Assembly (NCBI GenBank): GCA_905178155.1
Contig: CAJINV010000009.1
Span: 1,671,907-1,735,906, forward strand
Length of the DNA: 64,000 bases
Reading direction: 5' to 3'
Origin: Amoebophrya sp. A120
Lineage: Eukaryota; Protista; Dinoflagellata
Position numbers and translations under genes: made by a program
Shown: positions 1 to 13,500 of the stretch, piece after piece
Numbering within the stretch: position 1 is the stretch's first letter
Layout of the letters: each line of letters starts with the position of its first letter
The notes under the pieces: model-generated
The model's database searches: none
The model's input: only the letters and a program-made list of their open reading frames with translations
Told to the model about the DNA's origin: nothing

Positions 1-1643
1 GCATCGGTGTCGCAAAATTAATTGTTTTTTGTCGCAAAATTAATTCCCGACTCTTTTTTCTTTATGGGGGTGGCAGGATATTTAGGTCGGGTCCACCCCG
101 CAGCAGTGTGTGGACCGCAGGGCACACACCCCCACAGGGCTCATTGGTGTGGAGTTCTAGCGGGGCGTGGCAGGCCATCCCATCTTTCTGGTGTTTGCGA
201 ATTCGTGTCCTGATTTCCTGACCACATTGAAAGGGATGTTTGGGTGTGGGGCTTCCCTTGTTCCTTTCGCTTCCAGCTTTCCCTGCCTTGTTGGGTGTTT
301 CAACTCTTTTTCAAAAAATTTTTTTTGGAAAAAGAGCATGGGAGTTATGATTTTTTTTTCCGCCGAGTCCATTGGGGCCCGATCCCGTTGACGGGCCGAC
401 CGGGGGTGTGGTGGTATGTGCGCGGGGTGGTTGGGGGACGTCCAGGCGCTGCGTTATTGTTAGTGTTGATGGTCGTCTTCCGGTGTTCCGGCCCAGCATT
501 GGGTCCGTGGTGTGGGTGGCCAGCAGGTTCGGGTCGTCCCTCGTTGTCATCGGTGTGCCGGATGTGCTTGCAGCTGGTCAGTGGCTTCTCCCGGAGCCGT
601 GTGGTGGTCGCCACCGGTCGTCGGTTCTGTTTAGACATACAGGAGGGGCAAGGGGGAGAAGAAGAGCGAGGCGTTGTTGGTTCAATTTCAGACCTTGAGA
701 CTCTACCAGCAAAAGCAACACAGAGCAGCAACGTGGTAGAATTATACCGTGCCGGACGCCCCCACCCCCCTCTTCGGTCTAGTGTGTGGTCGTTGCCTGG
801 GGTTGGTGGGGGACGTCCCGGCGCTGTGTTTTTTCTAGCGCAAAGGACTGAGCTGTTGTTGGTCTTGTTGGTGTCCCGGTGCTCTTCCCCTGGGTGTCCC
901 CACGCGCCTTTGTATGTGGCCGCGGGAATGTGCGCCGGTTTGCCGATCGAAGTCGTAGCACATGGCGCGGGTGGGCAACAATTCCATCAGTGGTTCGTCT
1001 ATCGGACGGCACCGACATGAGGAGGGTGGGCGCCTCCGTCGCAGGATCCCCACCGACTCCGGGTGGGGGGTATTGCGTTGGGGCATTGCACTTACCACGG
1101 TATGGTGGGCCTCGCCCCATTGTGTCCCGGCGTCGACTGCGCTCCACCCGCGTGTTTCACATCCCCAATCGGCATCATACCGTTGTAAGAGCACCCCCAC
1201 CCCTGTGATACTCCCGGACCATCTCCGGCTCGTCTTCCTCGAGCTGCAACTTCCGCCCTGGTTCGCCCTCGTTGGTACCCGGCGCCGACACCTCCCAACA
1301 ACGTCGGCGTTCTTCGGACGGCCACAATAGACACGAGTCGTCCCAAGGGACTGCACGGCTGTATTCGAGATGTATTTGTCATAAGATTCGATTCGAGATG
1401 ATTTTTGTTTCTTTCTGGTCATGTCTGGGTAGGACTCAAATTTGTCATAGGATCGGATCGATATTCATATTATATTATCTTTTTCGTTTTCATCTTCAAG
1501 GTCAAATTCTTTTCTCACAAAATCTCAAATACAAATATTATCATCTCCGAATCTGGGTATGAATGTTTTTTACAAGAAAAAAAAATAAAAATGAAATTAT
1601 CCATCGAGAAAATTAATATGAAATTCTCCTTTATCGGAATTGA

Positions 1644-1733
1644 TTCTTCTTGAGGAATTTCTTCTTGAGGAATTTCTTCTTGAGGAATTTCTTCTTGAGG
1701 AATTTCTTCTTGAGGAATTTCTTCTTGAGGAAT
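1644..1733. repeat. 15-bp tandem repeat (TTCTTCTTGAGGAAT)x6
   Basis: Six consecutive perfect units read directly, inside an AT-rich stretch (~1400-2420). Confidence 0.95.
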
Positions 1734-3062
1734 TCAAGATTTTCTTTCTTTCATCATCATCACCGAAATACATTGGAGGAGGAATATGTTATGGATTATA
1801 TCCTGAATCCAATCTTTCAAATCGATTCTGATGGGGGGAGAATATGCAAAATTGCAATCTTTTAAATTGTATCTGATTCCGATCCTGAAATTCTCGATGA
1901 TGATTGATCATCTATCATTGATATTATTTCAAGAAAAATATCTCCTCGGATTATTATGAATGAATCGAGAAAAAAACAGAAATTCCAGGACCAAAATCCT
2001 TATCATTTTCATTCTTTCACCTCACCTTCCCAATTGTTTGCTAGACGACTACACGAAACGAAAACAAAACGAAAACAGATTCAATCAAATTCTATATTAT
2101 GATGAAGATCTGAATGACATGATGATGATGATTGAATCTCAGACCGAACCTTTGACATACTTGAATCTATCATATATACCCTGCCACACATGATTGACGT
2201 TGACCAGAAAGATAGACTCATTGTAAAAATTGAGATTAATATTGATGGATTGATGGAGATGATGAATTTTTTGACGGATTGATGGATTCAGGGCCTTGAA
2301 TTTTTGACGCCATGCTCTGGCATGGAAAGAAAGAAAGAAGTAGGAGATGATGATGAGAACATCTGAAAGAATGATAATAATAGAAAGAAATCAATGCATA
2401 GGATGAACATGATGGCGTTCAGATGCACAGATGCTTGCTAGCTTGCATTGCTACGCACGGACCGATGCTAAACTAAACACACGAAAGGTTCGAACATACA
2501 CAAAATTTGCGTCAGCTTCTAGTAAAATAGCGTGTAGCAAGTATGTTCAAATTATTCGACTTCGACCCCTGTCGACCTGTAGACAAACAAAAGCAGTCTT
2601 AGTGCTGGGGGTTTTCGGGAGCTTAACTAGTATTTGTAAGAGCTCCACCATCTCTGATTTTTGCTTTCTTCCATCCTTGCTCGCATCGCGTAAGATCATG
2701 CTTTTTCTAGATCTGTATTGCGTGGCGTGCTTGCTTTGTGCTTTCATTCAGTGACTTGGCAAAAAGGAGCCAGAAAACTTGCTGCCTAATCACTGTGCTT
2801 CTAAGTTGCGTCTGCTCGAAGCAAAACCGGATCTACATCCACACGCTCAGTCCAATGATAAAACATTGCGATGGGATGAACATGATAATGCATAGGATGA
2901 ACATGATAAAATTATTGCGATGGTTTCCAACTCCATATCTGCAGCTGAAATCCAAGGAGCATGGTTGGTTTTTTAGGATCTCACAAGCGAATTGATTTTT
3001 CTGATTCGAATGTCTGCGTGCAACTTTTTGCGCATCCATGTTATGAGATTGTTTCGGCCATA

Positions 3063-5364
3063 CTAGTTTTTGTATTTCGCGCTAGCGTTCTGTTCGGCTG
3101 CTCCCTCAATATCGTAGCCTACGGGAAAACTTTCTTCCACGAAGCACATTTCTTCGATTGTTCGCAGCGTTACAAGTGGCGATGACTGCACGCGCCGAGA
3201 GCGGAGGATGTAGTCAGAAAGCCGGCGCTTGAAGTTCTCGAATTCTAGAATGACGTGGTCCAACTGCGCCTGCTTGCTGGCCAATTGGGTGTGGTACGTG
3301 TTGTCTTTCTGCTGGTAGATACCCTCCATCTCCTGCACGTTCTCCTGTCGTACGAGGGCTTCCTTTTGCAGTCGCATCCTCTCCTTCTCCAGTTGCCGCA
3401 CCTTCTCCACCAGGTTCCGAGCTGCGCGCTCCGCGGTGTGCAGCTTCTCCTCCGACTTCTGCAGGTCCTGCTTCAGCTTCAGCCGCTCTGTTTCGCTGAC
3501 GCCGAATTTTTCTTCCAGCCGAAGTTTTTCGTTTCGCAGCTCGGAGAGTCGCCCGGCGGCGTCGTTGTTGCGCTCGATGAGCCGGAGGTCCTGGACATAC
3601 TCCAAATTTTTCGCCTCCAGGCGTCGACAATCCTCGTCCATGCGGTCCAGCCGACGCTTCGTTTCGGCTTGCAGCGCTTGCGTGTGCGCGAGTTCCTTTT
3701 CGCGAACCTGGAGCGCGTACTCGCACTGCTCTGCCTTCTGTCGTTGCGCAACAGCGTCGCCCGCGGCTTTCTGCCAGTTTTCCACCGCCTCGTGTTTGTC
3801 GCGTAGCGAAACCGCAATTTGCTTGGACAGTTCTTCGTTCACGAAGCGTAGGTCAACCACCTCCTGCAGCAACTCATTTTTGTCGCGAATGTACCCCATA
3901 TGAGAGCGCACAAGAGGACCCCGTCCCCGTCATCCCTCTTTGTATGGCGTTTTGGCCCGCAATTATAGAAGGAGCACCAGCTATGCTAGCACGTAGCCTG
4001 TGCTGCATGACAAGCTAAACATGCGCAGAAATACTCTTTGGGTTTCGTTAATGGGTGGTGCAAATCACGCCAAAATAAGGCAGCAGCTGGATAGGATTTG
4101 GTTTTTTTTTTTTTGCATTACAAAGGACAATGAGGGGGAACAAGGGGAGTTGTTGCGCAATGTCATAACCCCGAATGGTGCGCGTCTTTGGAGGGGGGCC
4201 AAAATAATCAGGGGACCGTGCGCCACCCGGCCGGAAAGAGGGCTTCGGGCCGTCTGCCAGTCGCGCGTTCTGGTGCAGTGTCTGGTACGACGGCAAGCCA
4301 TAGTTGTGAAGAGTCTGCGGCGAGGACTGCGGTCGACCCAATGATCCGAACGACCGCATGTAGGCGCCTTCCTTCAAATAGTGGTCCAAAGCGTTGGTGG
4401 CGGCCGAGTCGGCTGGAGACCGCGGGGACGAGGCAAAACTGCGAGAGCGCCGCCCGGGTAACATCAAGTATCCGGGATCTTCTGGCGGTGACGAAAGCCG
4501 CGTAGCACTTGTAGCGGTCCGGGCCGAACGCTCGAGCGGATCACCAGGGACGGCTGCTCGTGAAGATGCGCCCGCCATTTCCTCCTGCTCCGTCCTCTGA
4601 GTTAAGGCTTGCACTTGCTCCCCCACTTGTTCGCTCCTTGCAACTGCAGCGGCCGTGGTCCTCTCCGCACCGACCACCGGCGATGGAGTGCTCGTGTTGA
4701 CGATCGCCATATCAGAATTACAATTAGTGCGAGGCCGTCCTTGCGCTACTGCTTCCACTAGCGGAATGGCGTTCTTGATGATGTTCACTCCGGACGAGAT
4801 CACTTCCTCGTTATTATGGGGCACTACATCACGTTGTTCCGCCTGAAGTACAACAACTGCCTGCTGCGACGAGTTTTCCACCTGTTCAACTAGCGTGTCG
4901 GCATAATATGCGCCGCTTCGCTGCAACGCGTCGCCCTCTACTTCCTCACTACGCACCCCGCGAGGACCGCCCACTTCTACCTGGCTTGGGCCTTCTTCGT
5001 GGTACAATTCCACTCGTGCCCCTCTGGGACGCAAGTAGTCCGGATACAGGGTTCGCAGGGAGTCATGCGCGTATGCACTGTTTGCGGCGGTTCCGAAAGA
5101 AGTGCTCGACGTCGTCGTGTAGTGCCGCAAATCCCCAGTGGGGCGACGCGGCGGGGCGTAGGGTGTTTGGGAACTTTTCCGCGTGGCACCGCCTGTCTCG
5201 GCATCGACGATCGCGTCCATCACGCGTGATGCTGCGTGGCGGCACAGGTGCACGATATTGTCCTGCGCTATCCTTCCTGGACGCGCCGCTGCACCGGCCG
5301 TCACCGAACTTGCTCGCTTTTTCGCCGCCGCACGCTTGTGCGGTGGCACTTTCGGATACACCAT
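3063..5364 (-). CDS. Hypothetical coiled-coil protein, 2 exons
   Basis: ORF 4048-5364 joins coiled-coil ORF 3063-3911 in frame across element 3899-4167 (...PKTRTIRG|YIRDKNELLQE...). Confidence 0.65.
3899..4167. mobile_element. Introner, family D (diverged)
   Basis: Ends TATGAGAGCGCACAA / GTTGTTGCGCAATGTCATA; TSD CCCCA/ACCCC; removal restores frame. Confidence 0.65.
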
Positions 5365-5924
5365 TGCACAGGAAACAACTACGCCTTAGTCGAGAATCGA
5401 GGAGCGTCGACACAAATAACGCGGCTGGGCAGTTTTGATGAGGCACGCTTCGCGTGCTCGTGGTCCATGTGCTGAGTGCTAAAGATGAACTCGGGTGGGA
5501 AAAAATCGGCAACTATCAAAGGCCCGGGCGACTCATCATTATTAAACGATAACGAGAAGCGAGCAAGGCCGAGCCACAAGCGACGCGATTGCCGTACGCT
5601 CACATCTGCCGGTTGGATTTGCCACGAGCGAGCTTGTACACAATAAGCGAAGATATGCGTAATACACGTGACTATCTTCTCTAGTATTCTTTGTCTTTGT
5701 CCTTTTTCTTCTACCCTTTACCTCCACTTCTCTTTGTGTTTATTCGCTCGGTCTCAGTGTCAATACTTCCACATAAGGGCAAGGATGTGTATGTGTAACC
5801 GCAACACCAGGAACAATTCTAGTAGCATGGTACTACACTTCCATTTCGGTAGGTGTCATAGGACTAGCAATCAGGGACGAGTAGTTGTGAGAGAGACAAT
5901 ACATTGGTGAGTTTTGTTTTTGTG

Positions 5925-8653
5925 TCACATCACAAGCGAGCCGTTCGATGAAAAAGCGTTTATATTAGCAGCCTTGATCATGTTCCGCATTGTGGAGGCA
6001 GATTCTGCGATATTTTGTGAAGCCTCTGTGGTTGGCAAAAAGAACGCGCTTCGGCGGATATTTTGCAGAAAACAGGTCAACAAGTACAAAACTTTTTTTG
6101 TGGAATACAAGTCATCATCGAGCTCGTCGTCGTCCGAGGAAGAGTCCTCAGTTCTTGATGTGTAGTTAATTGCGCGATCGTCAACACGACCACCGTGTGA
6201 TTCAGAAGTCTGGGCAGTATGCTGATGGTTCTCCTGGTTTCTGTGGATACCCTTTTCCGCAGCTGCACGAGGACCAGAGCCAGACTGTACACCGCCTTCC
6301 GCATCGACTCTGTCTCCTCGCGTGACCACCACCTCATGGTCGAACTCGCAGGCGTGCAAAAACTTCTTGAAACTTACCACGCTTCCAAATCCGTCGCGCG
6401 AAAGCAGACGGTGGAGAGCCTGCATCTGGGACCAGGTCATAACATCGCTCGGGTCCAACTTCTCGAGGACGAAGTCTTCTTGATGTTTGTGGTGCGAAAA
6501 TAACGGGTCGTCTTGGTCATTCGCTCTTGCTTGCTCTTGTCCACCGTCCTCGGCCGGGCTCGTCTTTCCGCTGGTCGCTTGTTTCTGTCTGCTTAAAGTT
6601 GCACCATTTTCATTTTTTTGCAGCGCCGATGACGATGAGCTCGTTGTGTTTGGTGGCGCGGAACTTGCATTTATTGATGTTCTCTTCAAGAAATACAAAT
6701 AAGTCACCCGCCCAGGTTTGTTAGTGGTTGAAGACGAAGAAGGTTTTTCTTTCCTCATCCTTTCGCCGCTTGTTTTTCCTGAGGTGGAAGGAAAAGGAAT
6801 ACCACCACCTCGCGCAAATTCAATCAGGTGTTCCGCTTGCGAGCAGTATGGAAAGTGACAAATCTTTAAATCTTCGTCCTGCGAGCTGCAAGGCGCCAAC
6901 CGAGCCAACAGCAGCCAATTTTCCTTTTTCCCAGAGAAACGCAAGTTTCTATATTCAGCCCGGGGGATGGATGCAAATAAGAACACGATGCTGTAGTTTG
7001 TTACTGTAGCTACATCAACAGCGAGAGCAGCAATATTGCTATCTCATTGCCAGCTGCCGCGGTCGCGTCGTACTTCGCAACAACGAAACTTTTGTATCAC
7101 AAGATACGTCGCGGGACGTCGGCGCAGTTAGTGATACCATCCATAGTAGTGGCTGTCGAAGCGTATGCATGGTATGTAGAAGCTTGTTGGGCAACCTGAA
7201 GACGACGAGGAAAGATCGGATGAAGATTGTCACGTGCGTATCCGGTCCAGGGCGCGATCCCGTTGCAGATGTTCTTCTGTCGTCCCGTCAGTAGTCAGCA
7301 CATCTACCTGAGTAGAGCTCTGCGGGTCGTCCAACTTCGCGGGTATTTGCGTGATTGGGGGTATCATCTTCTTCGCGGCGCTCGTGGTCGTTCCATTGTT
7401 CCCAGCTGGTGCTCTATCGAATGCAAAAATGTTTGGGTCTGGAAGATTCGGAGGTTTGTCATGCTGGTCCGGCATGACCCTTAACTCTGTATTGCGTGGC
7501 CACAAACAGGCTCTCTCGCCTGTCATGCAGAAACGCAGTTTCTCATGCGGAATACGCAGCACAGGAGCACGAAAAAACTTGTCATGCTTGGCGATGCATT
7601 ACAATGCATTCCTTATTGACTGACTTGCGTTACAAGTTTCCAGACCCAGACATATTTGCAATGCATATGCTCGTCCAACCCCGGGCGCCCCGGTTTCAGC
7701 GCCGCCTCCAGCTCCGGCGGCCGACGAGCCGGGCGGTAGACACGGATTGTAACGATATCAATCAAAAAACAAGATGAAGTGCAGCATTTATTTTGATTTA
7801 TTGCAGTACAATGCACCTCCAGGACGTCCATTTCTTGCAGCAAGTAAAAGTACTATTTATTTCTGCATGACCAAGGACAAGTAGGCAGAAACAGAATCAG
7901 AATGTGCAACAAGAATTTGTTTGCCAGAAGATTCAGCTGGATACCGGATTCGCATTCAGAACAAAGGCCTGCATGAAATCCGCTCGGATCTGCGCGAAGG
8001 TTCTCTCGCCCGGGTTTATCATCAGCCGCATGAAGGTTTCGAGGTCGTCGAGCAGCAAAAACCCGGTTTGGTGCCGGTCCAGCCCCAGGAGGACGTAGAA
8101 GTGCAAAAAGTGATCGACGCTGTAGCAGAGCTATGCATCGCAAAAGTATCGCACTAGTAGTAATCGCAATACAAATTAAGTAAGTAGGTAGCTTAGAGGT
8201 ATGACAAATGGAATCTATGATGCTGAGTTTGCTTGGAAAAGGGATTTGTCTTGCATAACTGCGAAGATTAGAAGTACAAGTGCGATACTTTTGCACAGGA
8301 TAAGAGCACCTGGTCGAGTTCGTCCATGTCTTCGACGGAGCGAAACAAACTGGTTGGCTGCATTATGCATTGCAAAATTATTGCGTTTCCGTTTGCGCTC
8401 CCTCGTACTAATCAAAGGCATGCAAATAAAGACAAATGAATCTCTAACTAAAGCAAAATCGGTATGCAAAATTCCATTTGTCATGCTGGTGGTGACCTGC
8501 CTTCCTGGTATTCATTGCAGTTCCTCCTAGTACAATACTTGTTTTGCAATTCATATGCGTTGAGGAAAATTTCAAAAGCTGCTCCAGGGTGCAACGTGGT
8601 TCCTTCCGTCGTAATTTGGACATTGCCTGCTCCGCGGAGAAACGGGCACCCAT
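5925..8653 (-). CDS. Multi-exon hypothetical protein with one EF-hand-like loop; both ends uncertain
   Basis: Joined reading ...LLKFSSTQPTSLFRSVEDMDELDQVLCYSVDHFLHFYVLLGLDRHQTGFLLLDDLETF...ANP|CLPPGSS...GRAPAGNNG..., then a probable GT-AG intron into ORF 5925-6986. Confidence 0.55.
7415..7667. mobile_element. Introner, family A
   Basis: TATCGAATGCAAAAATGTTTGGGTCTGGAA ... TTCCAGACCCAGACATATTTGCAATGCATA; perfect TSD TGCTC; frame restored. Confidence 0.9.
8132..8302. mobile_element. Introner, family H
   Basis: TATGCATCGCAAAAGTATCGCACT ... AGTGCGATACTTTTGCACAGGATA; perfect TSD AGAGC. Confidence 0.88.
8364..8555. mobile_element. Introner, family H
   Basis: TATGCATTGCAAAA ... TTTTGCAATTCATA; TSD TGCAT/TGCGT; frame restored. 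Confidence 0.75.
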
Positions 8654-10577
8654 TTTCGGTAGGTTTTAGAAGAAACGAGCGCTTTCCTGCTTGGTGTAGG
8701 TCTAGGTTAATGTTTCTTGTTTCAAGAATATCGAGAATAGTACGGGTTTTTGGTGCATTTACGAAAGGAGCATCAGGTCACTCTCCTTCATACCGCGAAT
8801 GCAATACGGCCTTAGCAGCTGGCTAAATGAGTCTGAGTCTGTCGTATTTGCAAGATCGTTTGCTTCTGCTTCTGCTTCAGGTGGGGGCGACTTTTATGCC
8901 TACTTTGCTTACTGTCTTAATCAGCTCGCTGCATCTGTGGCGTCGGGCGCACGTTCTAGCATCATAAATTCCAAATCGAAATCCAGCAGAGCTACTCTCT
9001 TTTAAAGCACTTTTCTTTAGGTAAAAAGTATGCAATTGTTGACGGAGGTTGTCTGATCTCCACGATGCAAGTGACGATCACTGACCACGAAGAAAATATC
9101 CTGCCTCCAAGGAAAATGCACAAGTCGCAGAAGAGAATGGAACAAGAGCAGGAACAAAATGAGGCGCCAGACATACACACAACTTCTTCAAGTCGGGAGC
9201 TGCCTCTGACAAGACCGGCGTCTTACTTGAAACGGCACTACTGCTCGCGAACAATCCAAGTATGCATATAACAGGCAACCCGTCTGTTGGACATGGAAAG
9301 AAACTTCCAGAGACAATTTCGTTTGTACTCACTCAAGCAAACGAAGAAGTTACGTGGACGATAGTATCATGTATCATCTGCTTGGTTGGCTCGCTTTTAC
9401 AGCGTCTGCGTCGATCTTGATCTTCGTCAGCTATCTTGCTTTGACTGCATCAACATCTTCATGGATCCATCGACATCTTGTTGATTAATTGTACTCTGCT
9501 AAGATGCAAAACATGCATACAGGTACATATTTGTACTTATTTCATGTGCGTACCCGAGTGTGCTAGAGGGCTTGTTTGTGGTAGAGATGATCGACTTTAT
9601 TCGCTGCCGCTGGGAGTAGTCGTTGGATGCCTCTTTTTTATCGTAAGCTTCTAGAAATATCCATAATATGCGTAGTCTTGACCTCCCGGTCCCGCGAATG
9701 ATGCAGATATTCATTATGGCTTTGTAGGGCTAGGGTCTAGAAACTTAGAGAACCCATATGCGTATTTGAGAAACTTAGAGCACCCATATCGGAGAAGCGA
9801 AATACGGAAGTCGTTACACGCCCTGAGTTTACTGCGTTCCTGTCAGCGTGGAGGTTTATTGATGTGCTTGCGTACTCTAATATTATATCGTGATTGCTGT
9901 TCATGTTATCTGTTACTGTTTATGTGAGAATAGAGCCTATATGTTGACTATGCTTTGTGGAAGATTGCTAGATATTCATATTGATATTCGAGAAATCCAA
10001 TTTTGACTGTTCTGTTTTTGGGTAAAAGTAAAACGATTTGGCACGTTCATAGTGTGCACTTTTGGTATTTGCAACAGACACTGATTCTGATACTGAAACG
10101 AAAGCGAAACAAATACTTTTATAAACGATTTTTTTCTTGGTTTACCTATTCATCAGCTATCAATCTATTCCTTCTTCGTCGACAAAATCGTTGTTGTTTT
10201 TTTTCATATGTTGATCGTAATATGTTGAAGATAGATGTTCTTTGCAAGAAATTAATATTATCAGTTACAGTTTGTCATTCTCGATGAAGGTATTTTGCAT
10301 ACCTCCAAAGAGGAGGTTGATGTAGTTACTATTACAGCTAGGAAGATAGATATGCGTAGTATTTTGCTAAAAACGAAAAAAGAGAAAGACAAACATCTGT
10401 TCTGGAATAAAGAGTTTGTTTTTTGGAGATGAAAGTTGTCACCAGAGAGGAGAACAAGAAGAACGACCCAGTAGAAGTAGCTGTGCATGTTCTATTCGGA
10501 GCACCACGGGAGTTAATATGCAGCTGATCCGCCCCAATTCAAACCCGTTTACAATCCGCTTCATCATCGGTGTATTT

Positions 10578-13500
10578 TTAGGGATTGAACGACAACGGCA
10601 TCCAGTCGGGTGATCCGCAAGCCCGGTAGATGTGCGGAGCGAAGTCGAGATCCTTGTCTTTGATCCCCGTGTTTTCCATCACGTTGCGGTTGCGGTAGGG
10701 ATCCCAGGTCATCACGCAGGCGAGAAACGCGTAGTAGATGCCAAACCCACCGTACATTCCTCGCATCTTCTGGCGCCCGCCGCGTTCGATCTGCCACATG
10801 AACTGCCCGACCAGGTCCCGCCAATTTTTCAGGGCGCCTATAGAGGGGAAGTGCGTGACAGCGACGTATTTGGGTACTGCTGCTACTAGCCCTGAGAGAC
10901 AGACATCGTCATCCGCCCTCGCATGCGGTCTACTGGAGTGATCTCATTTCATTCTGGTGCACTTTCTTTGATGTCCATGTGGATGTGCATCAGAAGAAAA
11001 GCTGCAATGGTGATGAATCCGCATGACATCAAGTTGGCTCTTTTCTGAAGACTAGCAGCAGTCGGGTTCGGGAAGATCACGCACTTCCCTTTCGTAGCGC
11101 TGTCTTCGTTGAAGTGGATGCTGCAGGTAATACTCAGGTATGGCACACTCAAGCGTTACATTGATCGCCCTTATATGGTTTGTCATGCAAAATGACCACC
11201 ACCCACAGGGACAGGCAGCCTCACCATTCGCATTGCCACGATGCAATTAGTTCGTGTGACAAGCTTTCCACGCTCTAAATAGCATTGAAATTTTTATACA
11301 TGATCGAGTTGTCTATACTTAAAGCAAGACGCACAAGCTTGCCCCTCTGGCTTGTTTTCCTTTTGGTTTTGCTACAACTATTTTTTTATTACAATACATG
11401 ACCAAATCGTACAGCAGCGATCTATGTAACGTTGGAGAGCCCCATACCAGGTACGAGGCCAGATCGGTGAGCAGAAAGATCAGGGTGTAGACGAGGTAGT
11501 CGGCGCGCAACCCAACTTCTCTGCTCTCCACGTCGTGCCGTAGATATGAAAGTAGTGCACATCAGCTCCCCCCGGCAGCAGCTCACAATACGACCAAAAG
11601 ATGTGCACTGAAGGAGCAATTATTATTTATCATTAAGACCACAAGGGAACCAATGTTGACATCAATGGATGCACCGGGCGCTGCAGCACGTTCTACGACT
11701 ACGACATTGTCGATGATGATTTGAATCTGATGGCCTCTAAGCCTTAGGTTGTGACAATCCCTGACCCTGTGCGATTCACTCCTTTGTATTCTTTTGAATA
11801 ATAAATTTATGCACGATCAAATGGGAATTAATAGCAAAACCAATAGCTGTAGTTCTGCTTGTGTGGGCGGTGCGTTATCCCGCAACTACGAACTATGGGT
11901 TATGCCGTGCTAGAGGAAAGGGCAAGCACCTGGCATTTGATTTTTGTGAACTTGTAGGCGTAGAGTAGAGAGGAGAATAGAGCAGGAGAGTTCATGTGCA
12001 CTGTCGTAGGGGAAAGCCTGGGTAGAACGACGCGTCACCGACTAGCCCCAGAATCGGCGAAAACAGCACTACGGAGGCAGTGAACAGACGAATCATCATG
12101 CGCAACTGAAACCGCTGAAAGTTCTCCTGCTGCACGAATTCCAGCATGGCGCGGGCCTGTTTTGGGGAAAACAGGGATGATGATGATCATGATGCTGCTT
12201 TGCTTCGCATTGATTTTTACGTATAATCGCCTTCACAATATATATTCCCAGCATTTTCATTTTGCTTCTGGTGCTTTGACGTAGTTTTTGTGGAAAAGCA
12301 CAAAGATGAGAAAGGACCAATGAAAATGAATTAAGGAAGGCCACAGGATTAGAATAATGAATTAGATTCATGAATAACACATGTTTTTTTTTCGCTGCAT
12401 CAAGTCTAGTACTTACCCGGGTGAGATCCGCGACCGAGACGGGGTACGGGGTTTTCCGGCCCGGGATCACCATGAAGGGCTCCAGCCGTGGGACGTTGGT
12501 GGCGATGATTCGGTGATTCGCGAACTGAAAGTTACGGTTGTAGCGCTGCACGGTACCGTCCTCGTTCAGCGTCGTCGTTTCCTGTTCCTGTTCGTCGTTT
12601 ATCCCTCGCGAAAACGTCGTCCACAACTACACGCGCAAGCCAAAATCAAGAGAAACCAAATAGCGGTCTGCGAGACATGAATCGCAATCGCCAAGAAGAA
12701 GGCGACATTCAGTACTTTTACTTTACAGATCGATGCCAAGCTGTTGGCCATCATACATCGCGCGACGTGCGTCGACGGCTGCATTTCCGGGACCAGCCAG
12801 TCCCAAAGCACGTCTCAGCTCTTCGGCCGAGCCTCTTTCGAACTGTTTCTAGTTGCTGAAGTGCGATTTTTCTATTGTTATGCGCAGATTCCCGCGCCGT
12901 TGTGCCTCCACGGCGGCGCGAGCCCCAAATACTTTTACTTTACAGATATGTGTTTCTTTGAACATTTTCAACTGTCGAGCGGAATCCGGCGAAGCTATCG
13001 GGTTGAGCGAGCCGCGGTTCATGCTTTCGTGTCGCGACTGGGTGACCTTAGATGAGACCGACAACACCCGGGAAAGATTTCATGCATGCAACAATGCGTG
13101 AGCGTGGGAGACTAAGTAGCAAATATCAGGCATTTGAGGGCCGTCAAGACTCTCCGGGGTGGTAGGTAAGCATCTTGGTCCGGGACGGGCGAGACCATCT
13201 ATCATTTTGGACGAGGCGGGTTTATGTTTAAGGAAGTGCATGTTGACAGACTTTTTGGAAGGCATTATGCAAAGTTGCGTGACGAGCATGTCGCACTCTG
13301 GTGGCAGGGGGTGGCGGGGACGTTTTCACAAAGGATATCATCCAGCTCAAAATTATCAATGTTCATGACGTCGTCCTCCGCGTACCCTTATGCATTGCAA
13401 AAAGTATCGTGCTTGTTGAGACTTAGATAATTGTAATTTAATTAATAAGATGTAATACATCAATTATGCATCATCAATGTGCTGCGTTGAGTTTTTTGTA

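Noticed and set aside
1644-1733. Tandem repeat as a CRISPR array or LEEFL-repeat protein
   Set aside because: There are no spacers or cas genes, and the surrounding frames are short and stop-rich.
9739-9789. 21-bp near-perfect repeat at 30-bp spacing
   Set aside because: An isolated slippage-type duplication with no further structure.
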